Notes: generated by a model from the sequence alone, not told the origin. A stretch of 64,000 bases of DNA from an uncultured Chlamydiae bacterium (GCA_963713615.1 CAVQMM010000001.1:544001-608000), one strand, 5' to 3'. Shown: positions 10,798-19,584, counted from the first letter of the stretch. Numbers and translations: made by a program.

Positions 10798-10840
10798 CAT
10801 TTGTCCTTTAGATATTGGCTAGTTTGACAGCGCGAGTTTG

Positions 10841-11000
10841 GGCCTTATTCACCTTTGCGGTCAGTTTTCGGTCGACTGCAAAAGGATCGTCTGTCGCGTT
10901 TTGCTCCTCGGACATAGCTGGCGCTATGCCCTCGTCACAAACCACGACATCCGACCTTTTTCGTCCGACCGAAATTCTGACCGTAAAGGTGAACAAGGCC
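10841..11000. mobile_element. 160-bp MITE with about 34-bp imperfect TIRs and an 8-bp TSD
   Basis: ggccttattcacctttgcggtcag..ttcggtcg / cgaccgaa..ctgaccgtaaaggtgaacaaggcc, flanked by CGAGTTTG at 10833-10840 and 11001-11008. Confidence 0.8.
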
Positions 11001-11191
11001 CGAGTTTGCTGCCATTTATTGCGGAGGACTGCACCAGGAGTGCACCATGATACAAAAATGGCAGCAGCGGCTCTTACCGCAACTGCCTATAAACCAAAGT
11101 CTCCAGTTACTGGGTACACTTCGAACTTTTGATTGGCTCGGTCTCTCTCAAGAATTTTCAACCCTCTCAAAATTAATAGCTTAAATTTCAC

Positions 11192-11221
11192 TTGAAAATA
11201 ATGTATCCCAAAAGATACAAT
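11192..11221 (+). promoter_or_regulatory. Sigma70-type promoter with an overlapping palindromic operator for the TA operon
   Basis: TTGAAA-N18-TACAAT containing TGTATC-N6-GATACA, just upstream of the toxin ATG. Confidence 0.6.
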
Positions 11222-11229
11222 AAGGTTAT

Positions 11230-11574
11230 ATGGAAGAAATCGAAATTGAACTCTACGAAACCGCTACCGGCAAGCGACCCTTTGAGATCTGGATTAAGGA
11301 GATCAAAGAGATCCATACCCGGGCCAAAATCCTGACCAGGCTTGATCGCTTAAAGCTTGGGAATTTTGGCGATTGCAAAACCTTACAAGAAGGAGTTTGC
11401 GAGCTTAGGATTCATTACGGTCCCGGGATTAGAATTTATTACGGGAAGATTGGGAATAAAGTCATCTTGCTTCTTTGCGGTGGCGATAAAGGCTCTCAAG
11501 ATAGGGACATCGTTAAAGCAAAGGAGTATTTGAAGGATTATCAATCAAGGGAGATAGGTCATGGCAAGAAGTAA
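11230..11574 (+). CDS. RelE/ParE-superfamily (HigB-like) addiction module toxin
   Basis: RLDRLKLGNFGDCK..EGVCELRIHYGPGIRIYY..LLLCGGDKGSQ.RDI. Confidence 0.92.
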   Translation: MEEIEIELYETATGKRPFEIWIKEIKEIHTRAKILTRLDRLKLGNFGDCKTLQEGVCELRIHYGPGIRIYYGKIGNKVILLLCGGDKGSQDRDIVKAKEYLKDYQSREIGHGKK

Positions 11575-11845
11575 AAAATATCAAGAGTTTCTACTCGAGC
11601 ATTTAGCGGATCACGATGAAGCCGTCGCGTATCTAAACGCTGCTTTAGAAGAAAGCCTAAAAGGGGATGAAGAATCACAACACCTTTTCTTGATTGCTCT
11701 TCGAAATGTCGCAGAAGCACAAGGCGGTGTTGGTGTATTGGCTAAAAAAGCTCATGTCGGTCGTGAAAGCCTCTACAAAACGCTTTCAGGGACTGGCAAT
11801 CCTAAATGGCATACCTTGTTTCTTTATGTGTTGCCATGGGGCTAA
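11561..11845 (+). CDS. HTH addiction module antitoxin (HigA-like), probable C-terminal frameshift
   Basis: YLNAALEE..ALRNVAEAQGG..RESLYKTLS.GNP. The family-like ending SLCVAMGLNLRLS* lies in a shifted frame ending at 11862. Confidence 0.85.
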   Translation: MARSKKYQEFLLEHLADHDEAVAYLNAALEESLKGDEESQHLFLIALRNVAEAQGGVGVLAKKAHVGRESLYKTLSGTGNPKWHTLFLYVLPWG

Positions 11846-11900
11846 ACCTTAGATTAAGTTAAAATAATTTTTTGAAATTCGATTCTTTTCCAATCATAAT

Positions 11901-13118
11901 ATGGACATAGGCATACAAATGGAACACAACGAGGCTACTCACGAGAAAATGTATGAGTTGCTGATGCATGCCGCATCACAATTACGCAAAAAGTTAGCCA
12001 TTGACGACTTATCATATAGAGTGCAACTTTCTCCCGCGACAGATTCCAAAAAATATTTTTTGCATAATGTTCTCAACGAATTCGACAAAGCCGTATTTGG
12101 TCTAATGTTTGCATGTGGTTTTTTGGCGGACAATCGCAATGCCGCACAACCACAAGAAATAGATAAACCAATGAGCAGCAAGATTTTTCAGACAAAAATA
12201 GATGAACTAGCTCTATGGAGGCGTAAACTTGTCGAAGTCCTAGCTGATTTAATTGGATTTAAGAAAGCGAATGTGGCTACATACTACCACCACTATAACC
12301 TATTACATGAACTCAATAAAAAAAAGAAGGACGCGAAGGATCGAAGAACCTTCTGGGGTTGCACTAATAAGGCCGCAGCAAGAGAAATTAAGGCAATAGA
12401 AGATAATGCCCAGCAAATCTCCATAAACCTAGATCCTCAAAAATGCTGGTACGCTGAAAAAAACAAAGCGGGTCAAATCCAACAAAAACTAAACAACGAA
12501 AGCTCCCGCTTTGAAAGTATCCTGTCGATAGCAAGCAAACATCATAAAGCTCTACTTCTTAGCTATAGGAATGCATTTGGTAAACCAAGCGAACTATTGC
12601 ATCCAGAAAGAATAACAGAAGCCAAAGATACTACGATACAAGACTTCGAACAGGCTATCCGAGGGCTCATCCTCCTTGGATTACACGTCCTTTCGGCCAT
12701 CAAAGATTTGTTAAGAATTCATAATGTTAAAGGAAGCCTGAAACAAGTCGCCAATGCGATCAAAAAAAAACCATTTCCAATCAGCTTATTCACTTTCAGA
12801 ACTAATCCCTCACTTTTCGTAAGAGACTTTGTCATATCACCGATGGGACTAGCTCAAATAATAAAGAAATCTAAATCTCGCTTTGGATACAGAACGTTTC
12901 ATGTGAAATTTCTCATCGCTCAGAAGGGCGTCTCTTCAACAGAAGAGTTCCTGGCCGAAGAGATTAGGCTTCTCGCTCCTTATAAAACCTTAAAGCAAAA
13001 AATATTAAAAATACTTTTGGAGGCTAATCCTTCTATCAAGATAGACAATAGAAAACTCAATAAGGCTATGAAAAACCAAGTTCTTGAATCCTGGCCTCTC
13101 GTGGAAGGAAAGATCTAA
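11901..13118 (+). CDS. Hypothetical protein, 405 aa
   Basis: Long, intact, Lys-rich, AT-rich ORF with no motif I recognise. Confidence 0.7.
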   Translation: MDIGIQMEHNEATHEKMYELLMHAASQLRKKLAIDDLSYRVQLSPATDSKKYFLHNVLNEFDKAVFGLMFACGFLADNRNAAQPQEIDKPMSSKIFQTKIDELALWRRKLVEVLADLIGFKKANVATYYHHYNLLHELNKKKKDAKDRRTFWGCTNKAAAREIKAIEDNAQQISINLDPQKCWYAEKNKAGQIQQKLNNESSRFESILSIASKHHKALLLSYRNAFGKPSELLHPERITEAKDTTIQDFEQAIRGLILLGLHVLSAIKDLLRIHNVKGSLKQVANAIKKKPFPISLFTFRTNPSLFVRDFVISPMGLAQIIKKSKSRFGYRTFHVKFLIAQKGVSSTEEFLAEEIRLLAPYKTLKQKILKILLEANPSIKIDNRKLNKAMKNQVLESWPLVEGKI

Positions 13119-13617
13119 TTTTTCACCTTACTCTTGCCTGTGAAAAGCGCAAATTAGGCTAATAGATAATTTTTTCCATGACTTTACACCAAGTTATTGA
13201 TTGTGGGAAATCAATCTTTTTCTTTTGGATTTGTTCATTCAAAAAAGTCTTGATGTCGATATAATTATCAAAAAAATCAGCTTGTTGAAGTTGTTTTTGA
13301 TAAGGGAAAAATTGTTCCGCTAAATTGATATATCCAAACAGCAAGAAAAGTATGTTATTTATTACAACTTCGGCTAAAGTTTTATTAAAAGTGGGAAGAA
13401 TAGTCAGATCCTGTTTGATTGTAAGCGTCGTGCTGGATTGACGAAAAATTTGTCCTTCATTGAACACGATTCCTTCCGCGGTTGGGCTAGCTCCTTCGTC
13501 AATAGATGCGATGCACTTTCTGGACGAGCAGGAGGCCTTCAGAGGGAGCACTACGGTTGTGGTGCGGAGGAACTGTGGCGTGCAAACCAGGGAATTCTCG
13601 CAAGCTCTGGTTCAGTT

Positions 13618-14475
13618 CTACTCAATAGTTCTTCGAACATAATCGACTATAGCGTCAGGATCAGTTTCTGAAACGGGTTTTATGTTAAAGCCCTCTGAGA
13701 AGGAGTTTCTAATAAACCATTCTTCAAAGGCGAAGCCATCCTGAAAGAGCTTCTCCGCTGTGTTGACATCTATTTTTCTGCTCCTCAGAATGTCGTTAGC
13801 TATTTGTATCGTTTTGCCAAGCTTTTCTTTGGCATATTTGTTGTTCAAGTCGCCATATTTTATTGCATATTCCCTCCAAGGGTTATCGTCAACCGGACCA
13901 ATGGAACGGAGTAGGTAGTTGGCAAAAACAACGTAAGGGATCATGTCCGTTAAAATGGCAAAGTAAAATTCATCGATCGAAGTGGTTTTAGAGAGAAGGC
14001 CAATATGTTTATCACATTCAGGGCTGACGAGCGTATCTTTTGAAGAGAGTCCATATTTTTTCAACCTCTCAAAATGTTCTCCGTAGCCTAAAAACATCTC
14101 CGCAAATTCCCTCAGATTTAAACTATCTTGTTCTTCTTCATTTAATGCTCTCGTAGCCAATGCACGGCCTAGATTATAGATATATAAAGCGTCAGCTCTC
14201 ATGTATTTTCTATCCCATTCTTCTTTGCTCAAGGTTCCCTTGGCCATTCTTTGAACCATTTGAGATTCTATGATGGCGGTCATTTTCTCCGACGCGACCA
14301 TGTTTACTTTTAGCAAGGAGTCGCTTGCCCCAAGACTTTGAAGTATCTTCGGAGATTGCTCCATGGAAAAGGCCTTTGGATCGATGTATCTGTACCCCAT
14401 CACCTGTGTGGATGGTAATAGACAAACTGTAGAGGTAAGTGCGATTTTTGCGTTGGATATCAATCGATGTATCAT
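13618..14475 (-). CDS. TenA/thiaminase II-like (heme-oxygenase fold) protein
   Basis: VQRMAKGTL..YMRADALYI, NPWREYAIKYG and FAFEEWF follow the TenA pattern. A TPP riboswitch lies upstream. Confidence 0.75.
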   Translation of the reverse strand: MIHRLISNAKIALTSTVCLLPSTQVMGYRYIDPKAFSMEQSPKILQSLGASDSLLKVNMVASEKMTAIIESQMVQRMAKGTLSKEEWDRKYMRADALYIYNLGRALATRALNEEEQDSLNLREFAEMFLGYGEHFERLKKYGLSSKDTLVSPECDKHIGLLSKTTSIDEFYFAILTDMIPYVVFANYLLRSIGPVDDNPWREYAIKYGDLNNKYAKEKLGKTIQIANDILRSRKIDVNTAEKLFQDGFAFEEWFIRNSFSEGFNIKPVSETDPDAIVDYVRRTIE

Positions 14476-14657
14476 AGCGTCTTCAGAGCTCCTGTTTATT
14501 TAAAAAGAATTGTGTTGCGCATTGTACTTCAGAACATCACTGGCAGCAGGATTCACTCTTCCCTTGCCAGATCAATACACTTAGGGATTCGCCGTCGCTT
14601 CTTTTGGGTAATGGAGCGCAGAAAAGACAAAGCTACGCTATTGTGGATTGGACTCAT

Positions 14658-14750
14658 GATACCTTCCTACGCTGGCATTACCCAGATCAGGTCTAAGGGA
14701 CTCTCTCAGCTAAATCCTTGAAAAACAAGCGATTTAGCACCCCTGGCGTT
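14658..14750 (-). ncRNA. TPP (THI-box) riboswitch
   Basis: The reverse strand reads GGGGTGC-[hairpin]-GCTGAGAGAGTCCCTTAGACCTGATCTGGGTAATGCCAGCGTAGGAAG, the canonical TPP aptamer signature. Confidence 0.93.
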
Positions 14751-15009
14751 AACGAAATATTTACAGCTGCGATAAGCAGCTGAAAAGTCAGTGTAGTTCT
14801 GTATACCAATTTTTTGCAATAACAAATTGATATGTTGTAGCGTATTTTAGCGGCTGTGAAAACTGATTAGCCTGGTCTTTCGGAAAAAACACCTCTAGGT
14901 CTTATTTGCAAAAAGGACTCTCAAAAGAAAATATTTCGCGTCGCTGGCTACCATCTGTTCTCTTCGCCAGAAGAGCGAGTTGAATTAGTCATAGGAATAA
15001 AAAAAATAA

Positions 15010-15465
15010 TTATGAGGTTAGTTTGTTTAGTGAATTGGCGAATTGCTTAATATCTTTGGGTCCAAACGCTGCTGGGCCACCAGTCATTGTGCCCGCATCG
15101 CGAAGATCTTTCATGAAATTGCGCATCGATAGAATCGAACAAATACTCTGTTCATTATAAATTTCGCCTCTTGGATTCAGAGCAATAGCCTTTTTTTTCA
15201 GAACTTCCGCAGCTAGGGGAATATCAGCAGTGATGACAATGTCGTGAATTTCGACTTGATCGATAATATGTTGATCGGCGGCATCAAATCCTTTGTTTAC
15301 CACCACCAACTGGATAAGACTGCTGGGAGGAAAAAACTGATACGTATTCGCCACTAATATAATGGGTATATTTAAGCGACGACTCGTTTTAAAAACGATT
15401 TCTTTAACTGCTTTAGGGCAAGCATCCGCATCAATCCATATTTTATTCGGTCTAAACTTTGGCAT
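15010..15465 (-). CDS. YaiI/YqxD (DUF188) family protein, copy 2
   Basis: Differs from 3199-3654 at about 4 residues. Homology extends about 125 bp upstream. Confidence 0.9.
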   Translation of the reverse strand: MPKFRPNKIWIDADACPKAVKEIVFKTSRRLNIPIILVANTYQFFPPSSLIQLVVVNKGFDAADQHIIDQVEIHDIVITADIPLAAEVLKKKAIALNPRGEIYNEQSICSILSMRNFMKDLRDAGTMTGGPAAFGPKDIKQFANSLNKLTS

Positions 15466-15679
15466 TTTTCTAAACTCTCATTTATCTCTAGATTACTAGA
15501 ATGAAATGTAACTTACGGTTCACCCAGTTAAAGCTACGTCATGGAATATTAAATTGCCATAAATGATGGCCGCTAGAGGCATTGATAGTACCAGCACTTA
15601 TGGTACGTCGTCAAAAAAATTATGGCAGATCCTTTTCTCTGACAGCTCAGGCTAGGTCTACAAAGATTCCTGTTGCGGA

Positions 15680-15699
15680 ATATTCGTCTACTAGAATAT
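15680..15699. promoter_or_regulatory. Candidate ArsR operator
   Basis: ATATTC-N8-GAATAT palindrome about 40 bp upstream of the arsR-like start. Confidence 0.45.
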
Positions 15700-15740
15700 A
15701 CCTCAATTCGAATATGCATTTTCACCCTAGGAAGGTTGCC

Positions 15741-16106
15741 GTGAAACTGATCCAAATTTATGAATGTCTCTGTGACGAAACCCGGTTGCGCATTTTGAAT
15801 TTATTGTCGATTAGGCCGCTTTGTGTTTCGCATCTACAAAAGATCCTACAACTACCCCAGGTAAAGATCTCCAAGCATCTTACATACATGAAGAAGCGGG
15901 GTATGGTGGAGGCTACTCGCCTTGATAACTGGATGCTCTATTCACTGACCAAGGAGGCTTGTCCAGAGCTTGAGAGCAATCTCAAATGTTTGCAGGACTG
16001 TAGCCGCGAATATCCAGTCTTTACCAAAGATTTAAAACGGCTTCAGCTTCTACACAAGGAGATTGATGAGGTTAAGAAGAAAAATTTATCAAAACAAGAC
16101 AAATGA
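15741..16106 (+). CDS. ArsR/SmtB family transcriptional repressor
   Basis: CLCDETRLRILNLL..PLCV..SKHL..KCLQDC. GTG start with an AGGAAGG RBS. Confidence 0.9.
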   Translation: MKLIQIYECLCDETRLRILNLLSIRPLCVSHLQKILQLPQVKISKHLTYMKKRGMVEATRLDNWMLYSLTKEACPELESNLKCLQDCSREYPVFTKDLKRLQLLHKEIDEVKKKNLSKQDK

Positions 16107-16876
16107 GAATTGATATGCGGTGCATAAAAACGTTTCTCTATATTGCCCTGCTAAGTATGCGTTCCCTTTCCGCCTTCGCAGAAAGTGGGATGGAAGCTCT
16201 ACAACGGGCTGAAAGTGAAGGAAAGCCTCTCTATTTATTTTTCTATAAGGAAGGCAATGACACAGTCCAGCGTTTGCAAGCTATATTTAATCTCACCATA
16301 GGGAAGCTTGGTGATCGGGTCTTGGCAAAGAGCATTCAACTCTCGGATCTTTCTGAAGCAAAGGTCGTGGAGAGGTTTGGGTTGAAGCGCTCGCCGATGC
16401 CCTTGGCGTTGGTGATAGCGCCAAATGGAGTGGTGACGGGTGGTTTTCCCGGTTCATTTACTGAGGAGCAGTTGGTCGCTTCCTTTCAGCCTTTAACTGT
16501 TGCGAACTGCTTGAAGGCTTTACAGAATCGCAAGCTGGTCCTTCTCTGCTTGCATAATGACTTCACCAAAGAGAACGCAGAGGCAATGCAAGGAGTTCAT
16601 GAATTCACTGCCGACGCGCGCTTTGGCGCAGCCAGCGAAGTTATCGTGATGAATCCTAAGGGTGTAGATGAACAGTCATTTTTGACACAGCTTGGAGTCA
16701 ATATTCATTCCTCTAAAGCAACGACAGTGATGATTGCGCCCCCGGCGAACATCGTGGGTGAATATCAAGGAGGGGTTACGAAAGAGCGTCTGGTTACCGA
16801 TCTAACAAAGGCGACATCGAATTGCTGCTGTCCTGGAGGATGTTGCCCGGGCGGATGTTGCTCATCAAACCGTTAG
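16103..16876 (+). CDS. Exported thioredoxin-fold-like protein with a C-terminal CCCPGGCCPGGCC tail
   Basis: Signal-peptide-like N-terminus and two repeats of a thioredoxin-like pattern without CxxC (GKPLYLFFY..IAPNG; KLVLLCL..IAPPA). It is translationally coupled to arsR. Confidence 0.7.
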   Translation: MRIDMRCIKTFLYIALLSMRSLSAFAESGMEALQRAESEGKPLYLFFYKEGNDTVQRLQAIFNLTIGKLGDRVLAKSIQLSDLSEAKVVERFGLKRSPMPLALVIAPNGVVTGGFPGSFTEEQLVASFQPLTVANCLKALQNRKLVLLCLHNDFTKENAEAMQGVHEFTADARFGAASEVIVMNPKGVDEQSFLTQLGVNIHSSKATTVMIAPPANIVGEYQGGVTKERLVTDLTKATSNCCCPGGCCPGGCCSSNR

Positions 16877-16884
16877 GAGGGAAT

Positions 16885-18105
16885 ATGAATTGGAACACAC
16901 TCGTTTTTCGAGAGCTTTTTCAGCGTAAAAGTAAGCTCGTTACTAGTGGATTGGCCATTATTCTTGGCGTTGCCGTGATTGTGACCATCAATACAATCAC
17001 GATCTACTCTGAGAAGGCGGTGGCAAAGGAGCTAGACGCTTTAGGCGCGAATATTCTTATTCTGCCTCCAACAGCAAGTCTCGTGAATTACTATAGCGCG
17101 GATTTACAGGCTGGAGAGTTGCCCGAGGAGTATGTCACCTTGTTGGCAACATCCAATCTAGAGGGTTTAGACAACTTATCGCCTAAGCTGTCGGTGCCTG
17201 TGACGTTGGATGAGTACCAGGCGACTCTCACAGGCATCCTTCCGAAAAACGAGTTCGAAAGCAAAGCCTGCTGGCAGGGCGCCGGAATCTTTTCCAGGCC
17301 CAAGAGCTGTGGTAATGTTGAAGACATTTTTGGTTTGACTACGCGGTCGCCTAAAGAAACGCTAGTACGTAAACGTGTCATCCAGACCTTGGAGTCAAAC
17401 GAGGTTTTAGTAGGCTCTGAGATAGCCGAGAAGCTGAAGTTGCAAGAAGGCGGGACAATCCCCCTGCTAGGTCGTCATTTCATCGTGTCAGCCATTTTAC
17501 CACAGACAGGCACCGTCGATGATGGTCGCATTTTCGCTCACCTTCATACTGTACAAGACCTGACAGGCAAGGGAGCAGTAGTCAATGCGATTGAGGTTGT
17601 CGGATGTTGCGAGCAGATTTCAAAGGGACTTGTGACCAAGATCAATGGATTGCTGCCTGGCGCTAAGGTGGTAACCATCTCGCAGGTGGTCGACACCCAG
17701 GTCAAAACTAATCGGCTAATGAAAAACTTATCGACACTGTTTCTGTTGATCATTGTGGTTATTGGCGGAATCAGCATGGCGAGCGACATGTACAGCAATG
17801 TATATGAGCGTCGTAAAGAGATTGGAACGCTTGTTGCACTAGGAGCAGGGTCTAATGTTGTATTAAAGATTTTTTTGCTTAAAGCCGTTGGGTTGGGTGT
17901 TTTGGGTGGGATCGGAGGCTACATCCTTGGAACCTTCCTAGCTATTGTCCTAGGACCTCTGGTGGCAGGTGTCCCTGTACTACCTATCCCACTGCTCTTT
18001 ATGCTTGCCATTGGCCTTTCCACAGGAATAACTGTGGCAGCGAGTTATCTTCCGGCAAAATATGCGACACACCTTGATCCAAGTGTTGCTTTACAGGAGA
18101 CTTAG
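16885..18105 (+). CDS. MacB/FtsX-like ABC transporter permease
   Basis: N-terminal TM, periplasmic domain, ERRKEIGTLVALGA, SYLPAKYATHLDP. AGGAGG RBS before ATG 16885. Confidence 0.9.
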   Translation: MNWNTLVFRELFQRKSKLVTSGLAIILGVAVIVTINTITIYSEKAVAKELDALGANILILPPTASLVNYYSADLQAGELPEEYVTLLATSNLEGLDNLSPKLSVPVTLDEYQATLTGILPKNEFESKACWQGAGIFSRPKSCGNVEDIFGLTTRSPKETLVRKRVIQTLESNEVLVGSEIAEKLKLQEGGTIPLLGRHFIVSAILPQTGTVDDGRIFAHLHTVQDLTGKGAVVNAIEVVGCCEQISKGLVTKINGLLPGAKVVTISQVVDTQVKTNRLMKNLSTLFLLIIVVIGGISMASDMYSNVYERRKEIGTLVALGAGSNVVLKIFLLKAVGLGVLGGIGGYILGTFLAIVLGPLVAGVPVLPIPLLFMLAIGLSTGITVAASYLPAKYATHLDPSVALQET

Positions 18106-18108
18106 AAA

Positions 18109-18774
18109 ATGATTAAGGCAGAAAAGATTCGTAAGGTTTATTCTCAGCGTGGCCATAAAATCAGTGCAGTTGATGACATCTCCTTGGAGATAGCTTCCGG
18201 AGACTTTGTGTCAATCATTGGGCCAAGTGGTAGCGGAAAGAGCTCACTGTTGCTTATCCTAGGAGGGATGCTGTCTCCTTCAGCTGGACAGGTTTGGATC
18301 GAAGGCGTTCCAATCTATGATCTGAATGCCAATGATCGTTCGGCGCTCCGGCAGAAGAAAATGGGCTTTGTCTTTCAAACGTTTAACCTGATCCCTTATC
18401 TGACTGCCTTGCAAAACGTTCAAGTGCCATTGCTACTAGCAGGGCGTCCCACAGATGAACAGGCAGTGCATGGCCTCAAGCTGCTTGAGAAAGTCGGCCT
18501 AGCCGAACGGGCCGACCATATCCCTTCAGAACTCAGTATTGGCCAGCAGCAGCGTGTTGCTTTGGCTCGCATGCTGGCTAACGAACCCGACATCATCTTG
18601 GCGGATGAACCTACTGGCAATCTTGACCCTGCAATGGGACAGCATGTCATTGACTTCTTGACCGAGCTCAACAGCCAAGGCAAGACAGTCGTCATTGTCA
18701 CGCATGACTTAAGGGTAGCTAAACAAACGAAGCGAACGATCACCATCGGTACAGGCGGAACACTTTGTCAGTAG
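18109..18774 (+). CDS. ABC transporter ATP-binding protein (LolD/MacB type)
   Basis: GPSGSGKS, LSIGQQQRVALAR, ILADEPTGNLD. Confidence 0.95.
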   Translation: MIKAEKIRKVYSQRGHKISAVDDISLEIASGDFVSIIGPSGSGKSSLLLILGGMLSPSAGQVWIEGVPIYDLNANDRSALRQKKMGFVFQTFNLIPYLTALQNVQVPLLLAGRPTDEQAVHGLKLLEKVGLAERADHIPSELSIGQQQRVALARMLANEPDIILADEPTGNLDPAMGQHVIDFLTELNSQGKTVVIVTHDLRVAKQTKRTITIGTGGTLCQ

Positions 18775-18808
18775 TGGAAGAGGGACTTTATGGCAACTAC
18801 GTTACACG

Positions 18809-18875
18809 CATGATACAAAAATGGCAGTAACGGCTCTCACCGCAACTGCCTATAAACCAAAGTCTCCGGATGTAG
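18809..18875 (+). repeat. 59-bp duplicate of 11046-11104 joined to 12 bp of the tRNA-Asn 3' end
   Basis: catgatacaaaaatggcag..aaaccaaagtctcc recurs. Here it continues as ctccggatgtag (18864-18875), identical to 19430-19441. Confidence 0.8.
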
Positions 18876-18944
18876 CATAATACCTCCGATAATTCACAGT
18901 GTAAAGCGATAACCTATGGCACTAGACAATATTTGACAACTTAA

Positions 18945-19281
18945 CTAGAAAACGGCCCAGACGGCAAGGAAAACCTCTATGATTGACTGGGAGAACATCA
19001 CGCTAAAAGAGTTGGCGGGCTACGTTTCAGAGGAACTCAGAAAGCGAGGTGTCGAGACAAATCTTGTCGGTGGTGCTTGCGTTACAATTTACTCTGAGAA
19101 CCGCTATCAGTCTTACGACCTGGATTATGTGACTTACGAGGACATGCGTAAAGTTTAGAAAGCGCTACTGGAAATGGGATTCACTGAGAAGGCTCTCTAT
19201 TTTCAACATCCAGGATGTCCTTGGCTTGTGGAGTTTGTATCACCACCGGCAGCTGTGGGAAACGAATATGTGCGTGATTTT
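18945..19281 (+). pseudogene. Second wHTH-tail + nucleotidyltransferase remnant (paralog of 9540-9770)
   Basis: TRKRPRRQGKPL* followed by ATG 18979 MIDWENITLKELAGYVSEEL..LVGGACVTIYSENRYQSYDLD..MRKV* with a premature TAG, continuing as KALLEMGF..VEFVSPP. Confidence 0.8.
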
Positions 19282-19441
19282 GGATCTCTTCGAAAGTTCG
19301 AAATTGTCTGAAAAACGGCAATTGCTGAATTTGGTCTTTTCGAACTTAAAATTGGATGGAAAAAAGCTGTTTGTGACACTGCGAGAACCATTTCTGACCC
19401 TTACCGCAATGTCACATCAACCAGCGAATCTCCGGATGTAG
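19282..19441 (+). pseudogene. C-terminal relic of a large serine recombinase whose stop codon lies in the tRNA 3' end
   Basis: DLFESSKLSEKRQLLNLVFSNLKLDGKKL..LREPF..NLRM* resembles the C-terminal tail of large serine recombinases. The codons LRM* are ctc cgg atg tag of the tRNA. Confidence 0.65.
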
Positions 19442-19501
19442 GATTCGAACCTACGACCAATGGATTAACAGTCCACTGCTCTACCGCTGAGCTAATCCGG
19501 A
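19430..19501 (-). tRNA. tRNA-Asn (GTT), CCA not encoded
   Basis: Reverse strand TCCGGATTAGCTCAGCGGTAGAGCAGTGGACTGTTAATCCATTGGTCGTAGGTTCGAATCCTACATCCGGAG folds as a cloverleaf with anticodon GTT. Confidence 0.97.
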
Positions 19502-19584
19502 ATAAGGAACGCCCCAAGCATAATCTTTAGGCTGAATTTTTCTCAAGGCTGTTTTGCTGCTAACTTAAAAAAAGGCAAAATTTC

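Noticed and set aside
9980..10800. ORFs 9980-10198, 10092-10316, 10473-10739 and 10549-10800 (and 54586-54868, 57494-57778) with repeated peptide text
   Set aside because: They are translations of the palindromic MITE layers, with no protein-like features.
13159..13551. 130-aa ORF downstream of the TenA-like gene; also 8891-9325, 5410-5604, 5750-5959 and 63407-63628
   Set aside because: No convincing start, RBS or motif; probably gene fragments or chance ORFs.
15582..15740. N-terminal extension of ArsR (also 16822-16884 and 50055-50180)
   Set aside because: Better downstream starts exist, with an RBS or translational coupling, at 15741, 16885 and 50181.
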